A DNA stretch of 64,000 bases from Leptospira sp. (GTDB taxonomy: Bacteria > Spirochaetota > Leptospiria > Leptospirales > Leptospiraceae), in the NCBI GenBank assembly GCA_034439575.1, contig JAWXAQ010000015.1, forward strand, positions 160,001 to 224,000, given 5' to 3'. Of the stretch, positions 1 to 10,308 are shown one piece after another (within the stretch, counting starts at the first letter, position 1; every line of letters begins with the position of its first letter). Both the position numbers and the translations under genes were made by a program. The notes under the pieces were generated by a model. That model was not told where the DNA came from, did not search any database, and saw only the letters and a list, made by a program, of their open reading frames with translations.

Positions 1-557
1 TGACCTACAGAAACGAAATCACAGTCTAATGCTTGTAATTGCGAAACATCGATGAGTCCCCCACCCTCTTCTATTTCTTCGCGAATTCCGCTAAAACTCA
101 TACCAATCACAGTCGCATGAAGAAGACAAATCCTAACTTTAGATTTTTTCTTCGGTGGAAGTTTTCCGAGTAAATTCGCATAAGATTCTCTATGTGCTAT
201 CGCTATGAGTTCCACTTCGTCATTAATAACTCTATGACTAAAAGGCTCTTCTTCCAAAAATTGAATTTGATTTCCCCAATCAAACATTCTGAATCCTTTC
301 TCCGCATTTTGTCTTCGCAGGGATTCATGATTACCTGGTAAAAAAAATACAGCCCCCGAAAAAGATTTTAATAGATCGATTACTTTAGTCCTAAGTGATT
401 CTAAATCATTATAAGTATCAAAAATATCTCCACATAACAAAAGTGCTTCGCAATTAAGTGTTATGGCTTTGCTTATAATTTCTTTAAGTACTTGTAATCC
501 GTATTCGGGATCATTGTTTTCGGATAAATGAAGGTCGGAAAATTGAAGTAGTTTCAT
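1..557 (-). CDS. Metallophosphoesterase, SbcD/Mre11-like nuclease (runs off the window's left edge)
   Basis: Not in the ORF track; translated by hand from ATG at 557: MKLLQFSDLHLS...LLCGDIFD...PGNHES, giving the DxH, GDxxD and GNHE calcineurin-like motifs. Confidence 0.8.
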   Translation of the reverse strand, partial: MKLLQFSDLHLSENNDPEYGLQVLKEIISKAITLNCEALLLCGDIFDTYNDLESLRTKVIDLLKSFSGAVFFLPGNHESLRRQNAEKGFRMFDWGNQIQFLEEEPFSHRVINDEVELIAIAHRESYANLLGKLPPKKKSKVRICLLHATVIGMSFSGIREEIEEGGGLIDVSQLQALDCDFVSVG

Positions 558-631
558 AGATAGTCTCAAGCCCAATTCTACATTGGACCTGGGACAAATG
601 AATCATGCACTTAAAAAAAAATGCATTGGAC

Positions 632-1819
632 TTAGATGACACGATCTTTTCTAAATACCTCAATTTCTTCTGATTTATAACCCAGGGACTTTAAGATAGT
701 ATCTGTATGTTCGCCATGCTCTGGTGGATCCAAACGATACGAAAAAGGTGTTTCTGAAAAATGAAAGGGGGAACCGAATTGTAACACATCACCATATTTT
801 GGATGTTTGGTTTCAAATACCATTTTTCTCTCACGCCAATGTTCATCTTTAGAAACTTCTTCTAAACTTAAAATGGGTGATAGACAAGCGTCCTCATTTT
901 TAAAAATAGGATCAAGTTCTGTATAGGTTTTTGAAAGGAAAAAATCATTTAATACCTGTTTTATTTTTCCTAAATTTTCTTCGATCATGGGAATTTCTTT
1001 TGTTAGGTTTTCCTTACCAATAGCTCTCAAAAATGTTTGGAAAAACATATCTTCCAAGGCACCTAAGGCAACATATCTGCCTTCTTTGGTTTGATATATA
1101 TTATAATTTGGTAATTTACCGGAAAGAATATCATTACTAGGCTCTGGTGTTTTTCCTGAAGCTGAATAAATACCACCATACAGTGAAATGAATTGTAAGG
1201 AGGCATCCGTCATAGAAATATCCAGCTTTTGTCCTTTTCCCGTTTTTTCTCTATAATACAATGCAGCAAGTATCGCTGATAGAGCGGTTAAAGTCCCACC
1301 GCCAACATCAGCTAACTGAAACCCAGCGGGTCTAGGTGGCAATCCTGTTTGGTGAAGCACACCCGATATTGCTAAATAATTTAAATCATGTCCAGCAAAG
1401 TTAACATACTTACCAGTAGTACCATAACCAGAGATTCCACAATAAATAAGGCGAGGAAATTTTTCTTTCAAAACTTCATAACCTATTCCCATTTTATCCA
1501 TTCCATCAGGACGAAAACCTTCCAGTAGAATATCTGCATCTTCTAATAATTTAAAAAGTATTTCTTTAGAAGCAGGACGTTTTAAATTCAGAGTGATGGC
1601 CTTTTTGTTTCGATTTAACATCATAAACAATGCCGGGTAACCACCGTTACCTTTAAACATAGCTCGCGATCCATCATAAGCTCTTGGGTTCTCTATCTTA
1701 ATCACTTCTGCACCCATATCCGCCAAATGTTGAGAACAAAGAGGACCTGGAAGTAATAGTGACAAATCTACAACTTTTACGCCTGCTAATGGCCCTGAAT
1801 TTTGTGATGAATGATTCAT
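632..1819 (-). CDS. CaiB/BaiF family (class III) CoA-transferase / acyl-CoA racemase
   Basis: GPLAGVKVVDLS..LPGP, LADMGAEVIKIE, NRNKK, GHDLNY and DVGGG motifs. Confidence 0.9.
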   Translation of the reverse strand: MNHSSQNSGPLAGVKVVDLSLLLPGPLCSQHLADMGAEVIKIENPRAYDGSRAMFKGNGGYPALFMMLNRNKKAITLNLKRPASKEILFKLLEDADILLEGFRPDGMDKMGIGYEVLKEKFPRLIYCGISGYGTTGKYVNFAGHDLNYLAISGVLHQTGLPPRPAGFQLADVGGGTLTALSAILAALYYREKTGKGQKLDISMTDASLQFISLYGGIYSASGKTPEPSNDILSGKLPNYNIYQTKEGRYVALGALEDMFFQTFLRAIGKENLTKEIPMIEENLGKIKQVLNDFFLSKTYTELDPIFKNEDACLSPILSLEEVSKDEHWRERKMVFETKHPKYGDVLQFGSPFHFSETPFSYRLDPPEHGEHTDTILKSLGYKSEEIEVFRKDRVI

Positions 1820-1859
1820 ATAATTTAATCCTTTGCTTATGCAAATAAATGGGAAGCCA

Positions 1860-3671
1860 TTATTGTACGTAACCTTGCTTTTTTAAAATTTCGAGGGCAT
1901 CAGTTTCAAGTAGTTCGGTTCTTTGGTAATTTTTAACAGCACCACCTCTAATCCAAATTTGAAAATGATTAGATAAAGAATTTTTTGGAGGTAATATCGG
2001 TGCCTCATACAAACCCATACAATTCATAGAACATCCTTTAGGTGATAGATCAAACATGCCAATACCTAAATTTTCTTCATCCAATTGTATGCCGTCTTTA
2101 AATAATTGAATTTTAGGGAAAGAAACATCAGGATAAACCTCAAAGGAAAATTCTGAACTCTCGTTTGATGTTATTTTATTTTTTTCTATGGATGCCGTAA
2201 TTTGACGAGGAGACAATATAAATTTTATATTGGTATTTTCACCATCTTTAAGACGAAGTTCGCCCGTAGTCACTGTCACTTTAGCTTCTAATGTATGGTT
2301 CAATGATTTTAATTGATTGAATCTAATCGTATAAGAAGGTAAAGGTGGTTCAATTTCTCGCAAATTTTTGAATAATAATTTAATTTTTTCACGTTCTTTG
2401 GATATGGAATTTATTTTTTCTAATTCACTAAGGGATTCAAATCGAATGGGAAATATTTGTAAGGGATCTTTTTTGATATCAAAATAGTAATAAATTTCGC
2501 GGCCCACATAACCTTCCCAAAATTTACCCAGTTCATGAAAACGAAATGATTTTTGTAGTAAAAAATCAGAGCCGAGACCAATGGCTTGCGTGGATCTCGT
2601 TTCACCATAATACAATCTTTTTTGACTTACATTTCCTTGGATGGTATCCATCAAACTAACACCATCTAATTGACTCTTTTTATCTAATCCAAATTCTTCC
2701 AATACAAATGGATATAAATCGACTGACTGCGTTCTCGTGTTAATTATTTTTCCAATTTTTTGATGAGCTTTCTTAACAATTAAAGGAACATGAATATTTT
2801 CTAAAAATAAATCTTGGCCATGCCCATAATAAGTATTTGTTCCAGTAAAAGGAGAAATGGCATGATCAGCTAACATCACTTCGCCGTGATCTGCAGTGAT
2901 AATAATCGTAGTATCATCCCATAAATTTGTTTCTTTCAAATATTGAAAAATATTTTTTAATTGATCGTCAATGTACGCGACTTCACCCAAATAATTGCGT
3001 TTCCTCTCATCCATATTTGGATCAAATTTAACTCTTTCCGCATAACCATTGGGAGGTGTATACGGCTTATGGGGATCATTGAAATTAATAAATAAAAAAA
3101 ATGGATTATCTTTATTTTTTGGCTTTGAAAATTTTTCTAAAATCTCTAAACTTTTTTTTGTAATGAGCGGTGTATCATTTCCATAATTTGAATAATCATA
3201 TAGATCTTGAAATCCCACATCCACACCTAATCCATGCTTATCGGTGAGAAACGGATTATTTCCAACCATCACTGTATGGATTTTATTTTTTCTTAAATAT
3301 TTTGGTAGAGGAAAAGATTCCTTTTCATAAAAAGCTTGGACTTCCTCTTTGGGAGCAGGGTAATCCCAAAAATTGACTGGATTTCTAGAAGCATACTTGC
3401 CCGTAAAAAAAACGAGTGTAGATGGCCTAGTCCATGCCGCATTTACCAAATGGTCAGTAAATACATAACTTTCCTTAGAGAAATTATCTAAAACAGGCGT
3501 TACACCATACTTACCTATAACATCTCCTCGCAGTGAATCTATGACGATCCAAATGAGATTTGGTTTTTTTGATTTTGGCAGAGATGAAAATTGTGAGTTT
3601 TGTTTACAAAATGTAATCAAACAAAAGAAAATGGAAAGAAGTAAGAAAAATGTTGAAAGTTTTTTTATCAA
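1860..3671 (-). CDS. Sulfatase-like / alkaline phosphatase superfamily protein, probable lipoprotein
   Basis: PNLIWIVIDSLRGD, WTRPS, DPHKPY, ADHGE and HVPL motifs; N-terminal signal ending in Cys. Confidence 0.8.
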   Translation of the reverse strand: MIKKLSTFFLLLSIFFCLITFCKQNSQFSSLPKSKKPNLIWIVIDSLRGDVIGKYGVTPVLDNFSKESYVFTDHLVNAAWTRPSTLVFFTGKYASRNPVNFWDYPAPKEEVQAFYEKESFPLPKYLRKNKIHTVMVGNNPFLTDKHGLGVDVGFQDLYDYSNYGNDTPLITKKSLEILEKFSKPKNKDNPFFLFINFNDPHKPYTPPNGYAERVKFDPNMDERKRNYLGEVAYIDDQLKNIFQYLKETNLWDDTTIIITADHGEVMLADHAISPFTGTNTYYGHGQDLFLENIHVPLIVKKAHQKIGKIINTRTQSVDLYPFVLEEFGLDKKSQLDGVSLMDTIQGNVSQKRLYYGETRSTQAIGLGSDFLLQKSFRFHELGKFWEGYVGREIYYYFDIKKDPLQIFPIRFESLSELEKINSISKEREKIKLLFKNLREIEPPLPSYTIRFNQLKSLNHTLEAKVTVTTGELRLKDGENTNIKFILSPRQITASIEKNKITSNESSEFSFEVYPDVSFPKIQLFKDGIQLDEENLGIGMFDLSPKGCSMNCMGLYEAPILPPKNSLSNHFQIWIRGGAVKNYQRTELLETDALEILKKQGYVQ

Positions 3672-4057
3672 GATTCAACATCGAACATCTGTAAAGCGGT
3701 GAGCCAAACACCAACTAAGATAAATCCCATTCCTACCCATTGGGTAATGTTTAATTTTTCTTTGAAAAATAATGCAGAAGCAAGTAAAACGATAATGAAT
3801 CCACTTGATGTGAAAACTGGATAGGCAAGTGATAGTTTGAGTCCCTTTCCTAAAACAAATCGATACCCCAATAGTGCCAAACCAAATGCCGTTAAACCTA
3901 ACATAAAATAAGGATTAAAAATTGTACTAAAGAGGCCATTAGCATTTGCCTGAATAGGTTTCTCGGCATCTTGCAATGAAGAAGTTTTCATTAATATATT
4001 TGCGAGCGCATTGAAGAATACGGCTATACAGAAGACTATGATAATCTGGACTTGCAT
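3668..4057 (-). CDS. Small 4-TM DMT/SMR-type membrane protein (ArnE/F- or EmrE-like)
   Basis: Four hydrophobic helices, LSLAYP and FKEKL motifs. Likely start at 4057 (MQVQII); overlaps the sulfatase-like gene by 4 bp. Confidence 0.75.
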   Translation of the reverse strand: MQVQIIIVFCIAVFFNALANILMKTSSLQDAEKPIQANANGLFSTIFNPYFMLGLTAFGLALLGYRFVLGKGLKLSLAYPVFTSSGFIIVLLASALFFKEKLNITQWVGMGFILVGVWLTALQMFDVES

Positions 4058-4104
4058 GGGATACTGGCAATTTGAAATCTTTTGAGGCAAGGTCAAATAT
4101 AAAA

Positions 4105-4941
4105 ATGAAAACAAAATCCTTCCTTTTTCAAGGTTTAAAACTCGCCTATTACGATTCGGAGGGTAAAAATCCTCCCTTACTCTTTTGTCATGCCAATGGA
4201 TATAGCGCCGGTTGTTATGACTTTTATTTTCAGTCCCTTAAAAACAAATACCGGATCATTGCCCTCGATTTTGTTGGGCATGGAAAAAGTGAATTCAGCT
4301 TGGATTATACGAATTGGAATTTTTTTAGGGACCAAATTTTAGCTTTGATAGAACATGAAAATTTATCTGAGTTAACACTCATTGGACATTCATTAGGTGG
4401 AGCATCGGGCCTCCTTGCTTCCGTTAAAGATCCATCTGTCTTTAAAAAAATCATCGTATTTGATCCAGTTATATTAGGCTGGAAATTGATAACTCTTTCA
4501 AAAATTTTCGGAAACCCACTAGCTCGGGGTGCTGCCAAAAGAAGAAAGGTATTTAGTAGTATAGAGCTTGTCCGACGTTCCTACAAAAAATTTCCCGCTT
4601 TTGCAAATTTTGATCAATCAATCTATGAAAATTATTTAAACTCATGTTTTCGCAAAACAGGAAATGGCGAAGAAGTAGAACTTTGTTGTGATCCCCGTGT
4701 TGAAGAACGAACTTTTTCACATTCTCACTATAGTATCTTCTTACAATTCTATAAAATTAAAACGGAAGTCCATGTTTTGATTCCGAAAGTGTATGAAGTT
4801 TGTAGTCCTAAACTTGCTTATTCAATTACAAAAAAAAATCCAAGGTCTTCCGTTTCCATCTGGGACAATGCCACACATTTTTTTCCCTTTGAAAAACCTA
4901 ATGAAACCTTATCTTGGTTAATTGAAAAAATTGAAAAATAA
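4105..4941 (+). CDS. Alpha/beta hydrolase
   Basis: HANG, DFVGHG, GHSLGG nucleophile elbow and C-terminal HFFP. Start moved to ATG 4105. Confidence 0.85.
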   Translation: MKTKSFLFQGLKLAYYDSEGKNPPLLFCHANGYSAGCYDFYFQSLKNKYRIIALDFVGHGKSEFSLDYTNWNFFRDQILALIEHENLSELTLIGHSLGGASGLLASVKDPSVFKKIIVFDPVILGWKLITLSKIFGNPLARGAAKRRKVFSSIELVRRSYKKFPAFANFDQSIYENYLNSCFRKTGNGEEVELCCDPRVEERTFSHSHYSIFLQFYKIKTEVHVLIPKVYEVCSPKLAYSITKKNPRSSVSIWDNATHFFPFEKPNETLSWLIEKIEK

Positions 4942-5001
4942 AAATTTATGCAGTTTTACCCTTTCCGAAAGTTATATTAAATGAAAAAATGTTTTTCGAA
5001 C

Positions 5002-6756
5002 CTAAGATACATTTACAAATAAATCAATCATCAGAATTTGTTTATTATATTCATAAAGCAAAATTCCATTAAAACTTATAGACAATCCTTTAATTGAACG
5101 TAATAATTTTCTAGTTAAACATTTTCCTTCAGGACCTAACATTAATAATTCGTAATTATCTTCATAACCATAACCATTGGAACTGTCAATAATTAAGACA
5201 ATATGTTTGCCATCAAAAGTCAATAAGTGTGAGACGGAGGATTTTAACTCGGATTGGTAGATAATATTTCCGTCAAAATCTAATATGTGAAAATTTTTAT
5301 AATCATCATAAATACAAAAGGCACTTTCAACAACTAGATAAGGAATTTTCTCAATACTTATGGAATGAGGACCTAAAACATCTGTACAAGTAAAAGGAAA
5401 TGATTTTATAGGTTTCAATTCAGAATTTACAAGTTCAGAGCCATCCATACTAAAAGGAATCATTATATTTCCGTTTGGTAGTGAAATAGGAGGAGTGTTT
5501 AACTCTCTCACCAAACTAATACCAGATGATGTATCATAGGTAAATACTTTGTTTTGTCCGGATAACAGATTATCTACTTTCGCATAATAATAAAAAACAT
5601 TCAGATGCAAATCAATCGCCACTGGATGATAATTGCTTTTGTAATTTGAGACTAAATTCCAATTTGAATCGTAAACCAAACAACCTTTAAGACTCAAAAT
5701 TAAAAATTGTTCATCCTCTGTCTGGTAAAGTTTTCCAGAAAAAACCTGCCCGTCTGGAAGCGCGATTTCTTTGATTTTCTTTTTTTCTACTAGGGAATAG
5801 ATATGAATATTTGATTTATGTGGGAGAAACAAAAGATCATTTAATATCGTAAAACTAAAATTATGTACGAGTCTACATTCGGAATAATCACGTTCTTCAG
5901 TAGAAAGAACTTCATAACTTTTAAGTGCAAGTGGTATCTCTAATAATTTATCCCCATTCAATGAATGGATTACGAGCAAATTTGGTCTATGTAATTTATT
6001 ATAATATTCTGAACCTGATTGGTATCCATGAAAGCTACACAAATATCCGCTTTGATAAAACAAAAAAGGAATTTGTAAGCCTTCGCGAAAAGGAGACTTC
6101 ACAACATTTGACCAGATAACTTTCGTATGTTTTAAATTCAAACATCGCAATTCGAATTGGCTATTATCTTCATGTTCCAAAAATAAGACAAATTCTTCTA
6201 AGGAGATAAATTCAGAAGATAGAACATTTGTATTTTTTTCAATGACAGAATGAACAAGTGCACCTTCGTTAAACCCTGATTGTTTGAATTTGTCATACTC
6301 TTCTGAAAATTCTGATAAAAACCATTTTTCTAACCAATTCTTAGCATCAGAGGGCAAGTCTGGATCTTGTTTGAGGTATAATTCTTTGAGATTTTCTTTT
6401 TCCTTTTCAGAAATAAATTGTAGAACGCTTGAAAAAAAATTATAGGGTAAATTTTCTTTTGTTAGTTTAAGAATGCCATTGAGGGTTGGTTCATAAATTA
6501 TCTTTGCTATCTCACTTGCAATTTTTACTGCTGATTGTTCATAATACTCTGGAAAGGTGGATCTGGGATCTCCAGTACCGCGAGTATGAATCATCCACAA
6601 TGTTTTACAATCATTGCACTTATATAAGTCGGGAAAAACTTCAATAACAGGCGTTAAAATATCATCGATAGGGAAAGTATAGAAGTCATTCTCTTCTGTT
6701 GCAGTAATACTTCGTTTAAAACTTTCCTTTTTCTCTTTGCAATACGGACATGCCAT
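5002..6756 (-). CDS. Hypothetical protein with N-terminal Cys pairs and a probable beta-rich (propeller-like) C-terminus
   Basis: 584 aa ORF; CPYC and CNDC near the N-terminus; repeated short beta-strand/turn patterns later. Confidence 0.6.
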   Translation of the reverse strand: MACPYCKEKKESFKRSITATEENDFYTFPIDDILTPVIEVFPDLYKCNDCKTLWMIHTRGTGDPRSTFPEYYEQSAVKIASEIAKIIYEPTLNGILKLTKENLPYNFFSSVLQFISEKEKENLKELYLKQDPDLPSDAKNWLEKWFLSEFSEEYDKFKQSGFNEGALVHSVIEKNTNVLSSEFISLEEFVLFLEHEDNSQFELRCLNLKHTKVIWSNVVKSPFREGLQIPFLFYQSGYLCSFHGYQSGSEYYNKLHRPNLLVIHSLNGDKLLEIPLALKSYEVLSTEERDYSECRLVHNFSFTILNDLLFLPHKSNIHIYSLVEKKKIKEIALPDGQVFSGKLYQTEDEQFLILSLKGCLVYDSNWNLVSNYKSNYHPVAIDLHLNVFYYYAKVDNLLSGQNKVFTYDTSSGISLVRELNTPPISLPNGNIMIPFSMDGSELVNSELKPIKSFPFTCTDVLGPHSISIEKIPYLVVESAFCIYDDYKNFHILDFDGNIIYQSELKSSVSHLLTFDGKHIVLIIDSSNGYGYEDNYELLMLGPEGKCLTRKLLRSIKGLSISFNGILLYEYNKQILMIDLFVNVS

Positions 6757-6794
6757 TCTTTATATCTGAATGGCTTTTCCTTATTACGTCAAAC

Positions 6795-7622
6795 TTATCT
6801 TAAAATAGCTAATTTTATAAGACCAGAATATACACTATCTGGTAAAAAATTTCTAAGGAACAAAAGAGATTTTGCATCTGGACCAATAGAATAGCGAAGT
6901 TTATTTGATCTATCGGTGGATGCTTTAAATATAACCTTTGCTACCTTCTCTGCTTTGATTGCATTTTTTTCCGAATTTTCGTAACTTTTAAATGCTTTTT
7001 CACAATGATTCTTATAATCGATAGGAGACATTTCTAATGTCGTCTCATTTGATCTTTCATAAAAATCAGTCTTTATCGCACCTGGCTCTATAATTTTTAC
7101 TTTGATGCCAATTGGTTCTAACTCAAATTTTAATGATTCAGAAAATCCTTCTACTGCCCATTTGGTTCCATGATAGAGGCTATAGTATGGAAAGGTAAGT
7201 CTTCCTCCCATTGATGCGACATTTACGATGATACCAGTTTTATTTTTTCTATAATGGGGAAGGATGCTTCGAATCACATTCATTACACCAAATACGTTTG
7301 TATCATATTGTTTTTTAATTTGTTCCGGACTCGCACCTTCAAATGGGCCAATCAAACCATAACCGGCATTATTAATGATCACATCAATTTTTCCAAACTT
7401 TTGAATGGTTTCATCAATTGCACTTTGAATTGATTTTGTATCTGTGACATCCAGTTTCGGAACGATAGTATTTTCCAATTTTGTTAAGATGTTTTCTTTG
7501 GAAGGAGTGCGCATTGTTGCGGAAACATTCCAGCCTTGTTTTTGGAAATAAAGAGCTGTCTCTCTGCCAATACCTGTGGAACTACCAGTAATTAGAACCG
7601 TTTTTGAATTTTCTTTAGACAT
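6795..7622 (-). CDS. SDR family oxidoreductase
   Basis: TGSSTGIG, NNAGYG and YHGTK (YxxxK). Confidence 0.92.
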   Translation of the reverse strand: MSKENSKTVLITGSSTGIGRETALYFQKQGWNVSATMRTPSKENILTKLENTIVPKLDVTDTKSIQSAIDETIQKFGKIDVIINNAGYGLIGPFEGASPEQIKKQYDTNVFGVMNVIRSILPHYRKNKTGIIVNVASMGGRLTFPYYSLYHGTKWAVEGFSESLKFELEPIGIKVKIIEPGAIKTDFYERSNETTLEMSPIDYKNHCEKAFKSYENSEKNAIKAEKVAKVIFKASTDRSNKLRYSIGPDAKSLLFLRNFLPDSVYSGLIKLAILR

Positions 7623-7640
7623 TTTATTTCTCCTTTTTTA

Positions 7641-7697
7641 ATGACTATTGGTCATTTATATATGACTGATAGTCATTATCACATGACTTGAGGTCAG
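7641..7697. promoter_or_regulatory. Three ATGAC-N5-GTCA(T/G) palindromic operators at 21-bp period (probable TetR sites)
   Basis: ATGACTATTGGTCAT (7641), ATGACTGATAGTCAT (7662) and ATGACTTGAGGTCAG (7683), between the divergent SDR and TetR genes. Confidence 0.75.
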
Positions 7698-7738
7698 AAA
7701 CAAGTTTTTTTCTGGAACTATTTATAAGTTTTTTTAAA

Positions 7739-8413
7739 ATGGGGATCGTGAGCAGAATTTCGCAAGTAGACAAAACACCCAGAAAAAGAGCCGTTTTGGA
7801 AAGAGACAAAGTTTCCAAACGATCGAGTATCATTCAGGCAGCCGCGAGTTTACTTTCCAAAAAAGATCTAGCGGATCTATCCATGGATGAAGTGGCGAAG
7901 CGTGCAAAAATTGCAAAAGGAACTCTGTATCTTTATTTTCCGACCAAGGAAGACCTATATTTAAAAGTTCATATATTAGATTATAAAAATTGGTTCGAAG
8001 ATCTTATATCTTATCTTGAAGATAATCAAAAAACAAAACCCAACTTTTTGGACTGGTTTGTTTCTTCTTTTGAAAGACACCCTCGTTTTGTTAAGATATT
8101 GCCCGTTGTTCCTACGATTCTTGAAAAAAATGCAAGCATAGAAACTATCAAAGAATACAAAACAGAATTATTGAATCATTTAAACACTGTTATACCACTC
8201 CTCACTTTGCAATTGGGATTAAAATCAGACGAAGAAACTTTTCTTTTTATGATGCAATGCCATGCGATTGCCATCGGATCCTGGTCTCATGGCTTTCCTT
8301 CGCCAGCTGTAAAACAAGTATTGAACGACAAAGAATTGAATATCTTTTTGGTTGATTATCAACAATTTATAAGATCCTCTGTAGCTACACTCCTTAAAGG
8401 ATATTTGTCCTAA
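7739..8413 (+). CDS. TetR/AcrR family transcriptional regulator
   Basis: HTH MDEVAKRAKIAKGTLYLYFPTKE. True start is probably 7739 or 7748, since the TTG at 7688 lies in the operator array. Confidence 0.9.
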   Translation: MGIVSRISQVDKTPRKRAVLERDKVSKRSSIIQAAASLLSKKDLADLSMDEVAKRAKIAKGTLYLYFPTKEDLYLKVHILDYKNWFEDLISYLEDNQKTKPNFLDWFVSSFERHPRFVKILPVVPTILEKNASIETIKEYKTELLNHLNTVIPLLTLQLGLKSDEETFLFMMQCHAIAIGSWSHGFPSPAVKQVLNDKELNIFLVDYQQFIRSSVATLLKGYLS

Positions 8414-8437
8414 AGAAAAAATTTAAAAAATACGTTT

Positions 8438-9244
8438 ATGAAACCAAAAAAGAAATCGCCTGCTAAAAAAAAATCTTCGAAAAAAACTTTAATCAAAAAA
8501 TCAAATAATAAAAAAGCCATCGGCAAACAAACGGTTGCTAGCCTAGAGCTCAAGGTTGAAGAAAAAAATACAATATCAGAGTTTATTGATACTGTTAGAG
8601 AATATTCAATCGGTCATGAAGTAGCAAATGCGATTACACATGGGATTGGTGGGGCTCTAAGTATTGCTGGTTTATCCGTATTAGTTACTATGGCAGTGTT
8701 ATTTGGAGATTCATGGCGAGTTATTAGTTGTGCCATTTATGGTTCTACACTTGTGTTATTGTACATCGCCTCAACCTTATATCATGCGATACAACATGAA
8801 AAAGCAAAATTTATATTCAAAAATCTAGATCACGCATCCATATTCCTATTAATTGCAGGAACTTATACCCCATTTACTCTTGTTAGTTTGCGAGAAAGTT
8901 CTAAATGGGGTTGGATACTATTTATAGTGATATGGGTTTTGGCTTTTATAGGTGTTACAATCAAGGCACTTTTTCCAAAACGAATGTCACATACCACTGT
9001 TGCTATCTACATTTTGATGGGTTGGCTATGTGTATTTGCCTTAGGCGATATATATACAGTCATTGGGAAAAATGGGATGGTATGGTTGGTTGCTGGTGGA
9101 CTGAGTTATACTTTAGGTGTTATCTTCTATGCTTGGGATAACCTGCCTTTCAATCATGCAATCTGGCATTTGTTTGTGTTAAGCGGTAGTTTTTGCCATT
9201 TTTTTGCAATTTGGTTTTATGTACTACCGATGAAAAATAACTAA
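8438..9244 (+). CDS. PAQR/hemolysin III family membrane protein (TrhA-like)
   Basis: EVANAITHG, STLYH, DHASIFLLIAGTYTP and HAIWHLFV; Lys-rich N-terminal extension. Confidence 0.92.
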   Translation: MKPKKKSPAKKKSSKKTLIKKSNNKKAIGKQTVASLELKVEEKNTISEFIDTVREYSIGHEVANAITHGIGGALSIAGLSVLVTMAVLFGDSWRVISCAIYGSTLVLLYIASTLYHAIQHEKAKFIFKNLDHASIFLLIAGTYTPFTLVSLRESSKWGWILFIVIWVLAFIGVTIKALFPKRMSHTTVAIYILMGWLCVFALGDIYTVIGKNGMVWLVAGGLSYTLGVIFYAWDNLPFNHAIWHLFVLSGSFCHFFAIWFYVLPMKNN

Positions 9245-10275
9245 CTTAGATTTTCGCTAACAACAACTAACTTTGTACTAGGTGTCATCCATGCTTCTTT
9301 TGCATCTGAAAAATTTGCCACTTGGGTAACAATCGGGCCAGGATCGTATAACCCTGATTCAATTAAAGCTAACATCTTTTCCATATATTCTCTAGAATCA
9401 ACACGCGTGATATGGATATGTGCTCCACCATTGTACAATTCGAGATATGGTATTTCCCATCTGTTTGACCAAAAAATGGACGCTGAGGAAAATATCCCAT
9501 TGGGTTTCAAAGATCGTAGTCCCATATCCCAGCCTTCTTTGATCCCACAAGCCTCGCAAACCAAATCAAATTTTCCAAAATTTTTCGGGAAGGATTCTAA
9601 ATATTCTGAAGGGATGCCAAGTTTAGTGGCCATATCTATGCGATTTCGATCGGTATCCACATAACACACATCTCCCGAACCATAAACTTTCGCGAGTAAG
9701 GCGGTATACAATCCGATACTGGATGCAAAACCACCGATCACTAGAGTTTTTAAATTTTTATTTTTCTCTAAAAATTGCCCTGCTAATTTCCATGATTCGG
9801 CAATATTATCTGACAAACTCGCAACAGATACCGAATCTGTACTATCCTTTAAAGGCAATAACATCTGTTTGGCATAAGGCACTAAAACCTTTTCAGAAAG
9901 GGCTCCGCCAAATTTTTCACCACTAGGACCCATCCCAAAACTGGAAACAGGTGGTAGTGAATTGCAAGATTTAGAATCGGATTCTAAACAACTCGGGCAG
10001 ATACCACAAGATATCTGAAATGACACTGCATAACGATTGCCAACATTAATAGTCCCTTTCAAATCATCCGATACTTTTTCTACAAGTCCCACAAACTCAT
10101 GACCAATAGGAAATCCTGGCCGAAATAAGGTTTGCCCTGTAACGATAGGAATATCTAAATCACAACGAGCGACAGCCAAGGGCCGAATGATGACTTGGTT
10201 TTTTCCATTTATCTCTGGTTCTGCGACTTCTTCCCAATCGATAATCCCTTTCTTTATGTACCTCAATCGTTTCAT
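9241..10275 (-). CDS. Zinc-dependent alcohol dehydrogenase (MDR family)
   Basis: CDLD, GHEFVG and structural Zn site CGICPSC...C. Confidence 0.88.
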   Translation of the reverse strand: MKRLRYIKKGIIDWEEVAEPEINGKNQVIIRPLAVARCDLDIPIVTGQTLFRPGFPIGHEFVGLVEKVSDDLKGTINVGNRYAVSFQISCGICPSCLESDSKSCNSLPPVSSFGMGPSGEKFGGALSEKVLVPYAKQMLLPLKDSTDSVSVASLSDNIAESWKLAGQFLEKNKNLKTLVIGGFASSIGLYTALLAKVYGSGDVCYVDTDRNRIDMATKLGIPSEYLESFPKNFGKFDLVCEACGIKEGWDMGLRSLKPNGIFSSASIFWSNRWEIPYLELYNGGAHIHITRVDSREYMEKMLALIESGLYDPGPIVTQVANFSDAKEAWMTPSTKLVVVSENLS

Positions 10276-10308
10276 AAAACCTCTTTCAAAAATGTTATAT
10301 GAGAAAAA

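Noticed and set aside
7641-7697. Mini-CRISPR or tandem repeat
   Set aside because: Units are 15-bp palindromes with 6-bp gaps and there are no cas genes; an operator array fits better.
8438-8520. Histone-like Lys-rich N-terminus on the PAQR protein
   Set aside because: Similar basic tails occur on other proteins here (e.g. the TetR at 56133) and are favoured by AT-rich codons; no specific function supportable.
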